A DNA stretch of 39,064 nucleotides from a virus (taxonomy: Duplodnaviria > Caudoviricetes). Both the position numbers and the translations under genes were made by a program. Shown here in pieces: positions 1 to 8,403 of this stretch (positions are counted from its first letter, which is position 1; the number at the start of each line of letters is the position of its first letter). The stretch spans positions 1 to 39,064 of the IMG/VR virus record IMGVR_UViG_3300023174_000339; one strand, 5' to 3'. Below the pieces are notes generated by a model. The model did no database searches. It was given only the letters and a program-made list of their open reading frames with translations, and was not told where the DNA came from.

Positions 1-54
1 CATTTTGTTTCCTTCCAATCGGTTATTGCCTTCCAATTTTACAACAAAAAATAG

Positions 55-107
55 GTGCTAGGGGGCGGGAGCAGGGAAGGCGACTGCTACAACCGACCCC
101 CTAGCAC
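55..107 (-). terminator. Long composite hairpin after the tail tube gene (terminator or regulatory RNA)
   Basis: GTGCTAGGGGG(55-65)/CCCCCTAGCAC(97-107), inner stem AGCAG/CTGCT, and a T-rich run on the - strand. Conserved in the second copy. Confidence 0.7.
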
Positions 108-121
108 ATTTACTCTGTTAC

Positions 122-1108
122 TTAGATATAAGTACCAGAAGCCTTTGCATTTTGTAGTACCCACTTAATAGGAGCAAAACCGCCAGAAGCACCAGCATCT
201 GTGGTATTACCAAGTCCGTCAAGTTCAATTTTGATTTTTACAAAATCATCTCCACGGTCATAAGCGGCGGCAGTATAAGCACCCTTTGTAATGGTTGCTT
301 GAATTTGAATTGCGGCAGCACCTGTTCCATAAGCCCAGTTAAGAACAATGGCAGGTTGTGTGTTTGTTAGGTAGCGTGTTAATTCTGTATCCGCTTCCAT
401 AATAAACTCAATATCACCTGTAACATCAAGAGCACCAACAAATACGCTAAATGGATTTTGTGTTTGTGAGATACCGTAAATTGGCGTAACTGGTCGCTTC
501 AATGAGATTGAACCATTCATACCATTTGTGATTGATGATCCACCGATAGATACAGTTCCTTGCCAAACTGGTGTTGGCAATACTGTGCTAAATGATGGTG
601 ATGGTGCAGTAGTTGTTGCTGAAATAAAACCTGTGGACTTTGCATCAAATTCCAATATTCCATCTGAACTAAACTTTAGTGTTACATCGTGGAATTGTTG
701 TGCGGCGTATGTACGCGTACCAGCAACATAAAAGTCTGTAAGTGTGTAAGAAAGTGGTTGAACATCAGCAGATGCCGCAAGACTGTTCCTTAGCGAAATT
801 GTGTGTGTGAATGGAGCAGATGCGCCAACTGTTGCGCAAGCACCCATAATACCTGTTAATGCGTAACCGATACCATCAGCAAATACCGCACCACCTAAAT
901 CAAATGTAGAGCGTGTGCGACCCGGAATATAGTTGTAATTTTCAACCATAGCACCGCGAAGCCCTTTATCAAATAATGGGTCAATTACATCTACTGGCTT
1001 TACAGTATCTTTATTGACAAGAAGGTAATCTGTCGGTGCAACGGCAGTACCTTTTGTTACTTCTTTTGCAATTCCTATATAGGAACGGACGGAATTTTGG
1101 ACTGCCAT
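122..1108 (-). CDS. Major tail (tube) protein, allele 1
   Basis: 328 aa, beta-rich Thr/Gly/Ala protein starting SYIGIAKEVTKGT. Sits between head-tail genes and the tail assembly chaperone. Confidence 0.8.
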   Translation of the reverse strand: MAVQNSVRSYIGIAKEVTKGTAVAPTDYLLVNKDTVKPVDVIDPLFDKGLRGAMVENYNYIPGRTRSTFDLGGAVFADGIGYALTGIMGACATVGASAPFTHTISLRNSLAASADVQPLSYTLTDFYVAGTRTYAAQQFHDVTLKFSSDGILEFDAKSTGFISATTTAPSPSFSTVLPTPVWQGTVSIGGSSITNGMNGSISLKRPVTPIYGISQTQNPFSVFVGALDVTGDIEFIMEADTELTRYLTNTQPAIVLNWAYGTGAAAIQIQATITKGAYTAAAYDRGDDFVKIKIELDGLGNTTDAGASGGFAPIKWVLQNAKASGTYI

Positions 1109-1285
1109 TTACTCACTCTCCTGCGGTGTTGTGAAGGTTGGTTTGGTTGAAATCTTAGCACTAACACTAATAACTTCATACGCATTAAAATCATCTGGGG
1201 CATCAAATTCTGCATTTGGCGCCACAACAATCCCAAGCGAAGGGAACACACGCTCGTCTGTTCCCGTGTATTTATACTTTGCCAT
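1109..1285 (-). CDS. Small hypothetical virion-region protein (58 aa, MAKYKYTGTDERVFPSLG...)
   Basis: Not in the ORF track. Translated by hand; has an AAGGAG RBS and fills the gap between flanking genes exactly. Confidence 0.75.
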   Translation of the reverse strand: MAKYKYTGTDERVFPSLGIVVAPNAEFDAPDDFNAYEVISVSAKISTKPTFTTPQESE

Positions 1286-1294
1286 ATGTTCTCC

Positions 1295-1783
1295 TTATGC
1301 TTGTATCATTTCGGTAACATCAAACTGTAATTCAGCGTATGTTTCCGTTGCTCCCTCGGCAACCGTTGAAGGTTCGCCATAAGTAGCATTGATAATAGGT
1401 TCAGCACCTTGCCAAACCAATGTTCCTGTTGAGTCACCAAATCGGTGGTCTGAACGCAATCTTGTCTTAATATTATCAACAAGTGTATCAAAATCTGTCA
1501 TTGCATCTTCTGCGTTTCTTTGCAAAGAGTGGTGAAAGATTTGTAGGACTATTGAGTAATCTACACGCTTCCAACCGTTAGTAGCACCACCAATTGCCAA
1601 GCGTGTTTCATTTTCTGACTGAATAAATACCACAACTGCGGCACGCGATAATTGACCTGCCGTTGAACCAACTTGAAAATTTATGCGCTTGGGAAATGAA
1701 GTAAATACTTGATTTAGCGTGGCTATTGGCGGTGTGCTTAAAAATGTTGCCAATGTGGCACGGACTCCTGTGCGCCCTGCCAT
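1295..1783 (-). CDS. Putative tail terminator / tail completion protein
   Basis: 162 aa; position between head-tail adaptor and tail tube, with size typical of this role. Confidence 0.55.
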   Translation of the reverse strand: MAGRTGVRATLATFLSTPPIATLNQVFTSFPKRINFQVGSTAGQLSRAAVVVFIQSENETRLAIGGATNGWKRVDYSIVLQIFHHSLQRNAEDAMTDFDTLVDNIKTRLRSDHRFGDSTGTLVWQGAEPIINATYGEPSTVAEGATETYAELQFDVTEMIQA

Positions 1784-2667
1784 TATCTAATCCTGCGATA
1801 AAGTTTAATCATTTCAAGCGCAGAAGCAATATCTCCACCAAAGCGTTGTGCGCCATCAACATTTGCAGTAGGGCTTGTGGTGACTTGCATAGTCATAGAG
1901 TTATCGCCACGCATTTTGATAAATGCAGTTGTGATAAGAATACAAGCCTGTTTAATTGTGGTTGGTAAATTACCGATTGCAACTCCTGCGGCGTGTGTTG
2001 AAACTAATGCAGTTGTAAGAGGTACTGTGGTTGAACCATTTACATAATTTGATGCAACTGTTACATCTTCACTTAATGCGCCATCATAGATATGCAAAAT
2101 TTGACCAGCAATAATTCCTACGCCACTTCTAACAGTTAGTGTAGATTGAGTTGCAGTCGCACTAGCAATTTTTGTATTTACATAACCTGCCACATAAGTA
2201 TATTTCATAAAGATTTGCTGGCGCGGAATTCCACCACCAAATGCAAGTGGCCCTTGACTTGAATATGAAGTTGATAATTGAGATAACGGAATAATAATTT
2301 GCTGGTTTTCAAACCAAGTTTGTGAACAATCTGGCAAAGTAATTAAATTAAGTGGGCTTCCGCCATATTGAAAATTTGATAATTGAATAACTGGTGCATT
2401 GTTTGGGTGTAACGCAATATAACCCTCAGAAGTCATGCGTGTGCGTTGTGTTTCTGTATATGTTTGCGCAGTTAAATTCTGATTAAAATGTTGGTCCATA
2501 TAGGAAGATGCACGCATAATAACATTTGCTAATTCTGCATCTTGCGCCTGAGAGTTACCGCCTACAACAAGATTGTCATAGTCAATAGATGTTGGTGCAT
2601 TTTTATATTCAGCAACGGTCAAGTAGGCACTTTCATCTGTTGTGTCTGGTGTAATACCTACTGGCAT
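1783..2667 (-). CDS. Putative head-tail adaptor/connector with beta-rich insertion
   Basis: N-terminal YLTVAEYK...ASSYMD and C-terminal LPTTIKQAC...YRR resemble gp6/gp15-type connectors; downstream of the capsid gene. Confidence 0.6.
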   Translation of the reverse strand: MPVGITPDTTDESAYLTVAEYKNAPTSIDYDNLVVGGNSQAQDAELANVIMRASSYMDQHFNQNLTAQTYTETQRTRMTSEGYIALHPNNAPVIQLSNFQYGGSPLNLITLPDCSQTWFENQQIIIPLSQLSTSYSSQGPLAFGGGIPRQQIFMKYTYVAGYVNTKIASATATQSTLTVRSGVGIIAGQILHIYDGALSEDVTVASNYVNGSTTVPLTTALVSTHAAGVAIGNLPTTIKQACILITTAFIKMRGDNSMTMQVTTSPTANVDGAQRFGGDIASALEMIKLYRRIR

Positions 2668-2670
2668 TTG

Positions 2671-2952
2671 CTATTCTCCATCTCTTGACGGTGTGTTACT
2701 TTCATATCCGCAACGACCACACTTTTTGAACCAACTACCAAAACCGCACTCATTGCAAGTATAACCAAGCGACATATCGTTTGTTGTACCCATCAAACTT
2801 GCTTCAAAAAAACCTTCTGCCTTTAACGCCTTTGCATCTCTTGCGTTTGAAACTTCAACCATGCCTTTTTTGTTTTGATTGTACTTACGCACACCGCGAG
2901 ATGTGGTTATATCAACGCCTCTTAATCCTTGTGGTCCCACTAATTTTGTCAT
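2671..2952 (-). CDS. Hypothetical protein with C-terminal zinc ribbon
   Basis: 93 aa; CNEC...CGRC; GAAGGA RBS. Confidence 0.7.
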   Translation of the reverse strand: MTKLVGPQGLRGVDITTSRGVRKYNQNKKGMVEVSNARDAKALKAEGFFEASLMGTTNDMSLGYTCNECGFGSWFKKCGRCGYESNTPSRDGE

Positions 2953-2969
2953 TTGTTTCCTTCATTTAG

Positions 2970-3009
2970 TAAAGAAGTAGCGTGCGCCTTCCTGCACGCC
3001 ACCTCTTTA
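2970..3009 (-). terminator. Hairpin after the major capsid gene
   Basis: On the - strand TAAAGAGGTGGCGTGC-AGGAAGGC-GCACGCTACTTCTTTA, a ~16-bp stem with G-U pairs. Confidence 0.65.
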
Positions 3010-3016
3010 TTGCTTA

Positions 3017-4723
3017 CTAAGCCCTGACAATTCCTGATACTGCGCCGTTCCATGCTGGAGCAGTGCAGAAGAAGTTACCACGGAAGTATGTGCTGAACTC
3101 ATATGCGAACTGAGTTACTGGCCATTGAATGCCCATGTAATCCTGAACCATGAAGTTAGCCCAAACATCTGTTACCTCTGTGTCTGGAATTGGAAGTGTG
3201 TATGAAAGGACTGGTGATACACCCTGTGGAAGCCATGGGTGAACAGTTAGAGGAACCATCTTGCCAGTAACTTCATTGTTAAGAGCGCCAATTACTGCAC
3301 CACCAACATAATCTCCCACTTCATTCTGTGAAAGGTTAATACGGTAGTTAGCAGTTGAGCCGTTCTTGATTGCATCTGAGAGTTGCTTACGGTCTGCGCC
3401 GTTTAGGAAAATCTCATCTGGGTCAGCCTTAACTGCATCGTATAGACCAGAGAATACATTTTGGTATTCAACGCCTGGGTTTGATGTTGAGAAGGTTGAA
3501 TTTACTGCGTTGTTGAAACCTGAGTTTGCACCAAGAACAGTAGGAAGAATTCCGTCATATCCTGTTGCATATGCAGATGTATCTGCTGCTGCGCGAGTTG
3601 CGGCTGCACCAGTTGTTGTAAATGCGGCATTGTTACCTGTAACGATAGCGCCAGCACCTTGAATTGTGAATGTACCAGTTCCACGAAGTGTTCCCTGATA
3701 CTTAAGGTTTGCGTTACCTGTTGCAGTTCCAACATAGATGTTGTAACCAAGTGCGCCAGCAACTGCAGTTCCTACTGTAATTGTAAGAACATCTCCTGCT
3801 GCTACTGTTTCTGAAACTTCAGTTCCAAGAATTGACTCACCAAAACCTGAACTTGAAATACCAGCATCAGCAGTCACATTGATGTAGTAAGTATTAGCCG
3901 CTAGTGCAGTCTGTGAACCAGATGCGACTGGTGAAGCCTTTGTAAATGTTGGTGCTGAAAGTGCGCCAGAGTATCCTGATGCAGTTCCGCGAGCCATAAG
4001 CATCATGCGCTCTTCCATCAACATTGTTGCGTAAAGTGTTGATGTTGAAGATAGTTGGCGCAAGTCCTGATATCCCATACCTGAGAAATTAGCATCAAAT
4101 GATACTGAGTCAGATAGTGAGTATGAGTTGTATGGCAACACTAGGTCATCTGCTGAGTAAGAAATCTTTGGACCGCGCTCGTAGTTGATTGAACCGAAAG
4201 CAGTTGTTGTGCTTTCTGTAATTCCCGGCCATGTGTTACCGACTCCGCCTGTACCTGTACCTGTGTAACCGTTAATACGCTTTACACGGTGTGATGTACC
4301 GACACCCTTCTTACGCGCAATCTTGTTACGCAATGGTGTTGGGCGTGGTGTAAGCAACTTAGAAGGTGCTTCAAGGTCAAAAGCCGCAAATGATGTGGTA
4401 AGTGGGCTTGTGAGTGTGATGTCTTTCTGAATATCCTGCATTGCCAAACGCTGAGAAGCAAGTGCGTTATTTAGCGCGCCTACTGCATCTGGTGAAAGTG
4501 ACTTGTTTGTTGCTAGGGCTTCAAGTGTTGATACTGGGTCGCCAGATGCTGATGCAAATGTTGATGTACCTGACTTGATTGCCATAATTGCTGATGGGTC
4601 TGAAATAGATTGTCCAACAGACTTGTTAAAAGCGTCTGTGTATTCGTCCATGCGTACTGCTGCATCTTTTGCAGAAGTAGCATCTCCGAACAACTCAGTT
4701 GCTTTAACTGGTGCGAGAGCCAT
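3017..4723 (-). CDS. Major capsid protein (with beta-rich insertion)
   Basis: 568 aa directly after the protease/scaffold. FDLEAPSKLLTPRPTPLRNKIARKKGVG-type N-terminal region and CTAPAWNGAVSGI C-terminus. Followed by a strong hairpin. Confidence 0.8.
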   Translation of the reverse strand: MALAPVKATELFGDATSAKDAAVRMDEYTDAFNKSVGQSISDPSAIMAIKSGTSTFASASGDPVSTLEALATNKSLSPDAVGALNNALASQRLAMQDIQKDITLTSPLTTSFAAFDLEAPSKLLTPRPTPLRNKIARKKGVGTSHRVKRINGYTGTGTGGVGNTWPGITESTTTAFGSINYERGPKISYSADDLVLPYNSYSLSDSVSFDANFSGMGYQDLRQLSSTSTLYATMLMEERMMLMARGTASGYSGALSAPTFTKASPVASGSQTALAANTYYINVTADAGISSSGFGESILGTEVSETVAAGDVLTITVGTAVAGALGYNIYVGTATGNANLKYQGTLRGTGTFTIQGAGAIVTGNNAAFTTTGAAATRAAADTSAYATGYDGILPTVLGANSGFNNAVNSTFSTSNPGVEYQNVFSGLYDAVKADPDEIFLNGADRKQLSDAIKNGSTANYRINLSQNEVGDYVGGAVIGALNNEVTGKMVPLTVHPWLPQGVSPVLSYTLPIPDTEVTDVWANFMVQDYMGIQWPVTQFAYEFSTYFRGNFFCTAPAWNGAVSGIVRA

Positions 4724-4749
4724 TTGTTTCCTTTCGTAAAGAGTTTGAA

Positions 4750-7272
4750 TTATTTGTTGGCTTGTATTACTAATGCTTTGGCTTCAAAATCTGATGCCAA
4801 TTCTTTGTAACCGCGTGCTAAATCTTTATCATCGGTTACGGCAGACTTTGCGCGATATTCAGCCGCTTTTTGAAGTAAGTCGCCAAGTTCGGCAATTACT
4901 GCTGGCTTAATAACGGAACGCTTTGGTCCGCCTGCTACTGCTTTAGTTTTTGCCGTTGCTAATTCTGCATTTAACTTGTTAATTTCCTCTTGATAGGAAA
5001 TAACCTCATTAGTTATAGCATCTTTTGCACTCTTTACGGCTTTTTCAATGATTGCAGTAATTGTCTTGTTAGACAAATCCTCATCATCTGAGGAATCTTC
5101 ATCTATGCCATTATCGGCAATATCATTTCCATCTACATCAATGCGTGGAAGAATTGTGGTTGATGACTTAGGAGTTTCAGTAGGTGAAACCATAGTTGCA
5201 GTTGATACATCATCACGACCGTGCGCATCTGATGGCTTATCGCAACCACACTCTAAGCACTTAGCGGTATCTGACTTGTCCAAAGGCTTCTTGCCTTCTG
5301 CTTCTTCAACTTCTTCTTCGGCGGCTTCTGGCTTGGAACCTTCGGCAGTTTCTTCCTCTGCACTTTCGCCATATTCCTTTTCTTCATCTTCTTCAAGTTC
5401 AACTCCTGCTTCTTTACACATTGACTTGCATTCGTCAAGTGCTTTTTGAGCAGCCATATAATTCATTTTGCATTCTTCATATTGCTTCATCAAATCTTCT
5501 TTTGAAGGCTTTTCTGCAACGGCTTTTTCTTCTTCTTCGTGCATTGATTTTGTTACTGTCTTTTTACGCGCCATTGCACGCTCCTTAGTTGTAGTTGTTG
5601 TTACAGATTTTGAATCTCGTTCATTGTAAACATCAAGCATCGTTTCAACTTCATCTATACTTTCTTGAAAACGCTCATCATTTGCAATACTTGAAATTGA
5701 TTTGCTATCTGCGTTGGCTAAAATAGTTTGTGCTTCTTCCATACGCACCATTGCATTTTCAAGAGCATCTTTGCGTTCGTCATCATCTTTAGCGTTATAT
5801 GCTCTATCTAATTGTTCATTTGCTTCTTTTAGTGAATCTTCTGCCGCTTCAACCGCATCTTCATCTTTCTCGGTTGTATTTTCATCATAATCATCACTAT
5901 CTTCATCAAATACGGAATCCATCATTTGTGAAACATCATCATTTACATCTATTGCTGAAGAAATTGCTTCTTGGTCTAATGAATTGTAACCTGCTTCTGG
6001 TTTACCGCTTTCTGGTTTATTACTTGATGGTTTATCTGAACCACCACTACCGCTACCAGAACCAAAGCGGCCTGCTTCATCGCGCTCTTGTTCCTTTTCA
6101 ATAAATTCTTCAACTTGTTCTAATGCGCCAGCAGTATCAGATTTAGCCAACATTAGTTTTGCATTAGGGTTTGCTGGTCTATCCACTAATGAAATTTCTA
6201 CAATCTGTCCGTCAATAATTCTTCCGTTAGCGGCTTTTGTATCGCGTACAATGCGAGGCGCACGAATACCGATTGAGAAACCTTTTAACACACCTGCTTC
6301 AACCTTTTTAATGCTAACTGGGTCCACAACTAATGCAGAAATGTAATGTCCATCTGCTTTGCTATCTAATTCTTTTGCGACACCTGCGGCAATATTGCTA
6401 TGTTGTTCTCTAATGTTACCGCCAGTTTTGAACCACTCTGGCATTGCTCTATCTAACCAACCTGCATCGCAAATCTGTTGGTCAATATCTAGTGCATCAT
6501 CAGTTGCCTTACCATAAACTAATAGCGTTCCATCATCTTGCTTTTCTTGCTTAATAATTGCGGCATATGAATGTGCTAAGTCTGTGGTCATTGATTTATC
6601 CTTTTTCTTTTCTCTCTCTGCAATACTGTCTGCCCAAGTTTTACCTGCATCACCACCCCATAGTAGCCACGCAATATAACCGCGAGAAGGATTTGAGGCA
6701 TTACCCCAGTCCTTTCCTTTTTTATCAACTTCGTGTCGTGCAAAATAGGATACCATGCGGTTGATTGTTTTTAACGGTAATGATTTACCATTTGATAAAT
6801 CTCTAGCACGCGCAACACCAACCATAGTGCCGCCACGCTTAAACTTTTCGCGCAATTCTAACCCACGCCGAGCATTTTCTTGTGCGCCTTTAGGCGGTAC
6901 AAATCCATCTTCTTTCAAAATCATTTTGGCAGTTTCTTTGCGATAACCACCGCCACGCTTTTTGTATTCACGCACTACCCAAGCATTAGCAACGGCTGAT
7001 GGGTACACATCAAACTTCTCTTTTGCTTCACGCTTTATTCTGTTATACAAATCAGTATCAGAAGGCTCGGAATTACCGCCGCCTGCATTTATATTTTCAT
7101 AATCTGGTTTCTCTGCCTTTTCTTGACTAACCACATGAATATTTAATGCCGTTAAATGGTCTTTGGCATCTTGTAATGTTTTATGGCAGGTAACAACAGA
7201 GTTATCTTCATCTTTGACTACTGGATAACCAGCGCAATCGTATGAACCTTTTTCTCCGATGTGATATGGCAT
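4750..7272 (-). CDS. Multidomain prohead protease/scaffold fusion
   Basis: HK97-type protease motifs (REQH, KGFSIG, EISLVDRPANP), long acidic/coiled-coil C-terminus and extra N-terminal domains. Confidence 0.8.
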   Translation of the reverse strand: MPYHIGEKGSYDCAGYPVVKDEDNSVVTCHKTLQDAKDHLTALNIHVVSQEKAEKPDYENINAGGGNSEPSDTDLYNRIKREAKEKFDVYPSAVANAWVVREYKKRGGGYRKETAKMILKEDGFVPPKGAQENARRGLELREKFKRGGTMVGVARARDLSNGKSLPLKTINRMVSYFARHEVDKKGKDWGNASNPSRGYIAWLLWGGDAGKTWADSIAEREKKKDKSMTTDLAHSYAAIIKQEKQDDGTLLVYGKATDDALDIDQQICDAGWLDRAMPEWFKTGGNIREQHSNIAAGVAKELDSKADGHYISALVVDPVSIKKVEAGVLKGFSIGIRAPRIVRDTKAANGRIIDGQIVEISLVDRPANPNAKLMLAKSDTAGALEQVEEFIEKEQERDEAGRFGSGSGSGGSDKPSSNKPESGKPEAGYNSLDQEAISSAIDVNDDVSQMMDSVFDEDSDDYDENTTEKDEDAVEAAEDSLKEANEQLDRAYNAKDDDERKDALENAMVRMEEAQTILANADSKSISSIANDERFQESIDEVETMLDVYNERDSKSVTTTTTKERAMARKKTVTKSMHEEEEKAVAEKPSKEDLMKQYEECKMNYMAAQKALDECKSMCKEAGVELEEDEEKEYGESAEEETAEGSKPEAAEEEVEEAEGKKPLDKSDTAKCLECGCDKPSDAHGRDDVSTATMVSPTETPKSSTTILPRIDVDGNDIADNGIDEDSSDDEDLSNKTITAIIEKAVKSAKDAITNEVISYQEEINKLNAELATAKTKAVAGGPKRSVIKPAVIAELGDLLQKAAEYRAKSAVTDDKDLARGYKELASDFEAKALVIQANK

Positions 7273-7274
7273 TT

Positions 7275-7556
7275 TTATGCAGAATATGTAATTACTACTG
7301 CGCCAGTTGCTGATGCTGCTGCTGAAATTCCCCAGATTTGGTCTCCAGCATTTGCATAAAATATTTGTGATGTAGCGTTAGCAATGGTACGACCAATAGT
7401 TGCGCCTGATGTTGTAATTGTTGCATCACCAACAAAGATTGCCGCACTATGACCATTGTAAATATTAATTGCAGTTTGTGGTTTAGCGTTTTTATCCACT
7501 TGATGTATAAGTGATGCCACGGTTAATGTTTGTGTGTTGAAATGCTTAAATGCCAT
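7275..7556 (-). CDS. Hypothetical small beta-rich virion protein
   Basis: 93 aa ORF tightly packed in the head operon. Confidence 0.65.
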   Translation of the reverse strand: MAFKHFNTQTLTVASLIHQVDKNAKPQTAINIYNGHSAAIFVGDATITTSGATIGRTIANATSQIFYANAGDQIWGISAAASATGAVVITYSA

Positions 7557-7559
7557 TTG

Positions 7560-8402
7560 TTATTCTCCATTCAAAATATAGTCTAATGCATCTTGTCCTA
7601 TGTCTTGTGTATCTACCACATATGGCGCAATATCACAAACACAATTAGGGTGTGCTGGCGGTTCCGTATCTCCGCTAGGAAAAGTATCGTCAATACGGAT
7701 AGGCGATACATCTGCATTTTCTTGGCATAAATCGCAAGGGTCTGCGACTATCCACTCTACCAGTTCCGCACCGCTTTCTTCATATAACTCTCTTGAAGCA
7801 ACAGATACGGCACTACTCATTTCAGTTTGCGCAATAGTTAATGCGCGTTCGCTATCGTCTAACAAATCTTCCAATTCTTCACGCACACTTGTTGGCGTTT
7901 CACCTCTGGCTAATGCTCTGCCTAAAAGTGTTCCAATTCTGTCTAGCGTGGTTCTATTTACACCTTGAATTGTTACACCGCGCCTATCTAACAAATCAGA
8001 TAATCCGCGAGGCGGTTTAATCAAATTAGCGGCGGCACGGTTTCCTGGTCGCCAAGTATCCCAGTTAATGCCCATTGCGCGTTGTAAATCTGCTTTTGAT
8101 GGTGCTTTGTTTATCTTTGCTTTTGCTATTGCGCTCATAGCAATATCTTGCCCAAGCGTGTAACTATCCACATAAATAGTTTCCAAGGCACTAAACATTT
8201 CTTTGCTATTAGGGCGTATATGAATACGAGCATATTCGCGTGTTTCTTCGGTAGTTGTAGTTGATGTAAATGCCATTGAAAAGAAATCATTTACAACTGC
8301 ATCTACATCTATTGAAGCGCGTAACGCATCTCTAATAAGTTTTGCGCGCCGTGCAGCAAGGCGTGTTTTTGCGCCTTGTCGTTTCTTCCACGCTCTATTC
8401 AT
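7560..8402 (-). CDS. Head morphogenesis protein (Mu gpF / SPP1 gp7 family)
   Basis: RALTIAQTEM, CDLC and PPAHPNCVC motifs; directly after the portal gene. Confidence 0.85.
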   Translation of the reverse strand: MNRAWKKRQGAKTRLAARRAKLIRDALRASIDVDAVVNDFFSMAFTSTTTTEETREYARIHIRPNSKEMFSALETIYVDSYTLGQDIAMSAIAKAKINKAPSKADLQRAMGINWDTWRPGNRAAANLIKPPRGLSDLLDRRGVTIQGVNRTTLDRIGTLLGRALARGETPTSVREELEDLLDDSERALTIAQTEMSSAVSVASRELYEESGAELVEWIVADPCDLCQENADVSPIRIDDTFPSGDTEPPAHPNCVCDIAPYVVDTQDIGQDALDYILNGE

Positions 8403-8403
8403 T

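Larger units (their letters stand above)
1..1170. repeat. Left copy of imperfect terminal direct repeat (matches 37898-39064)
   Basis: Colinear with the window end at an offset of ~37894. Only 1044-1170 is identical to 38938-39064; the rest carries many substitutions. Confidence 0.95.
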
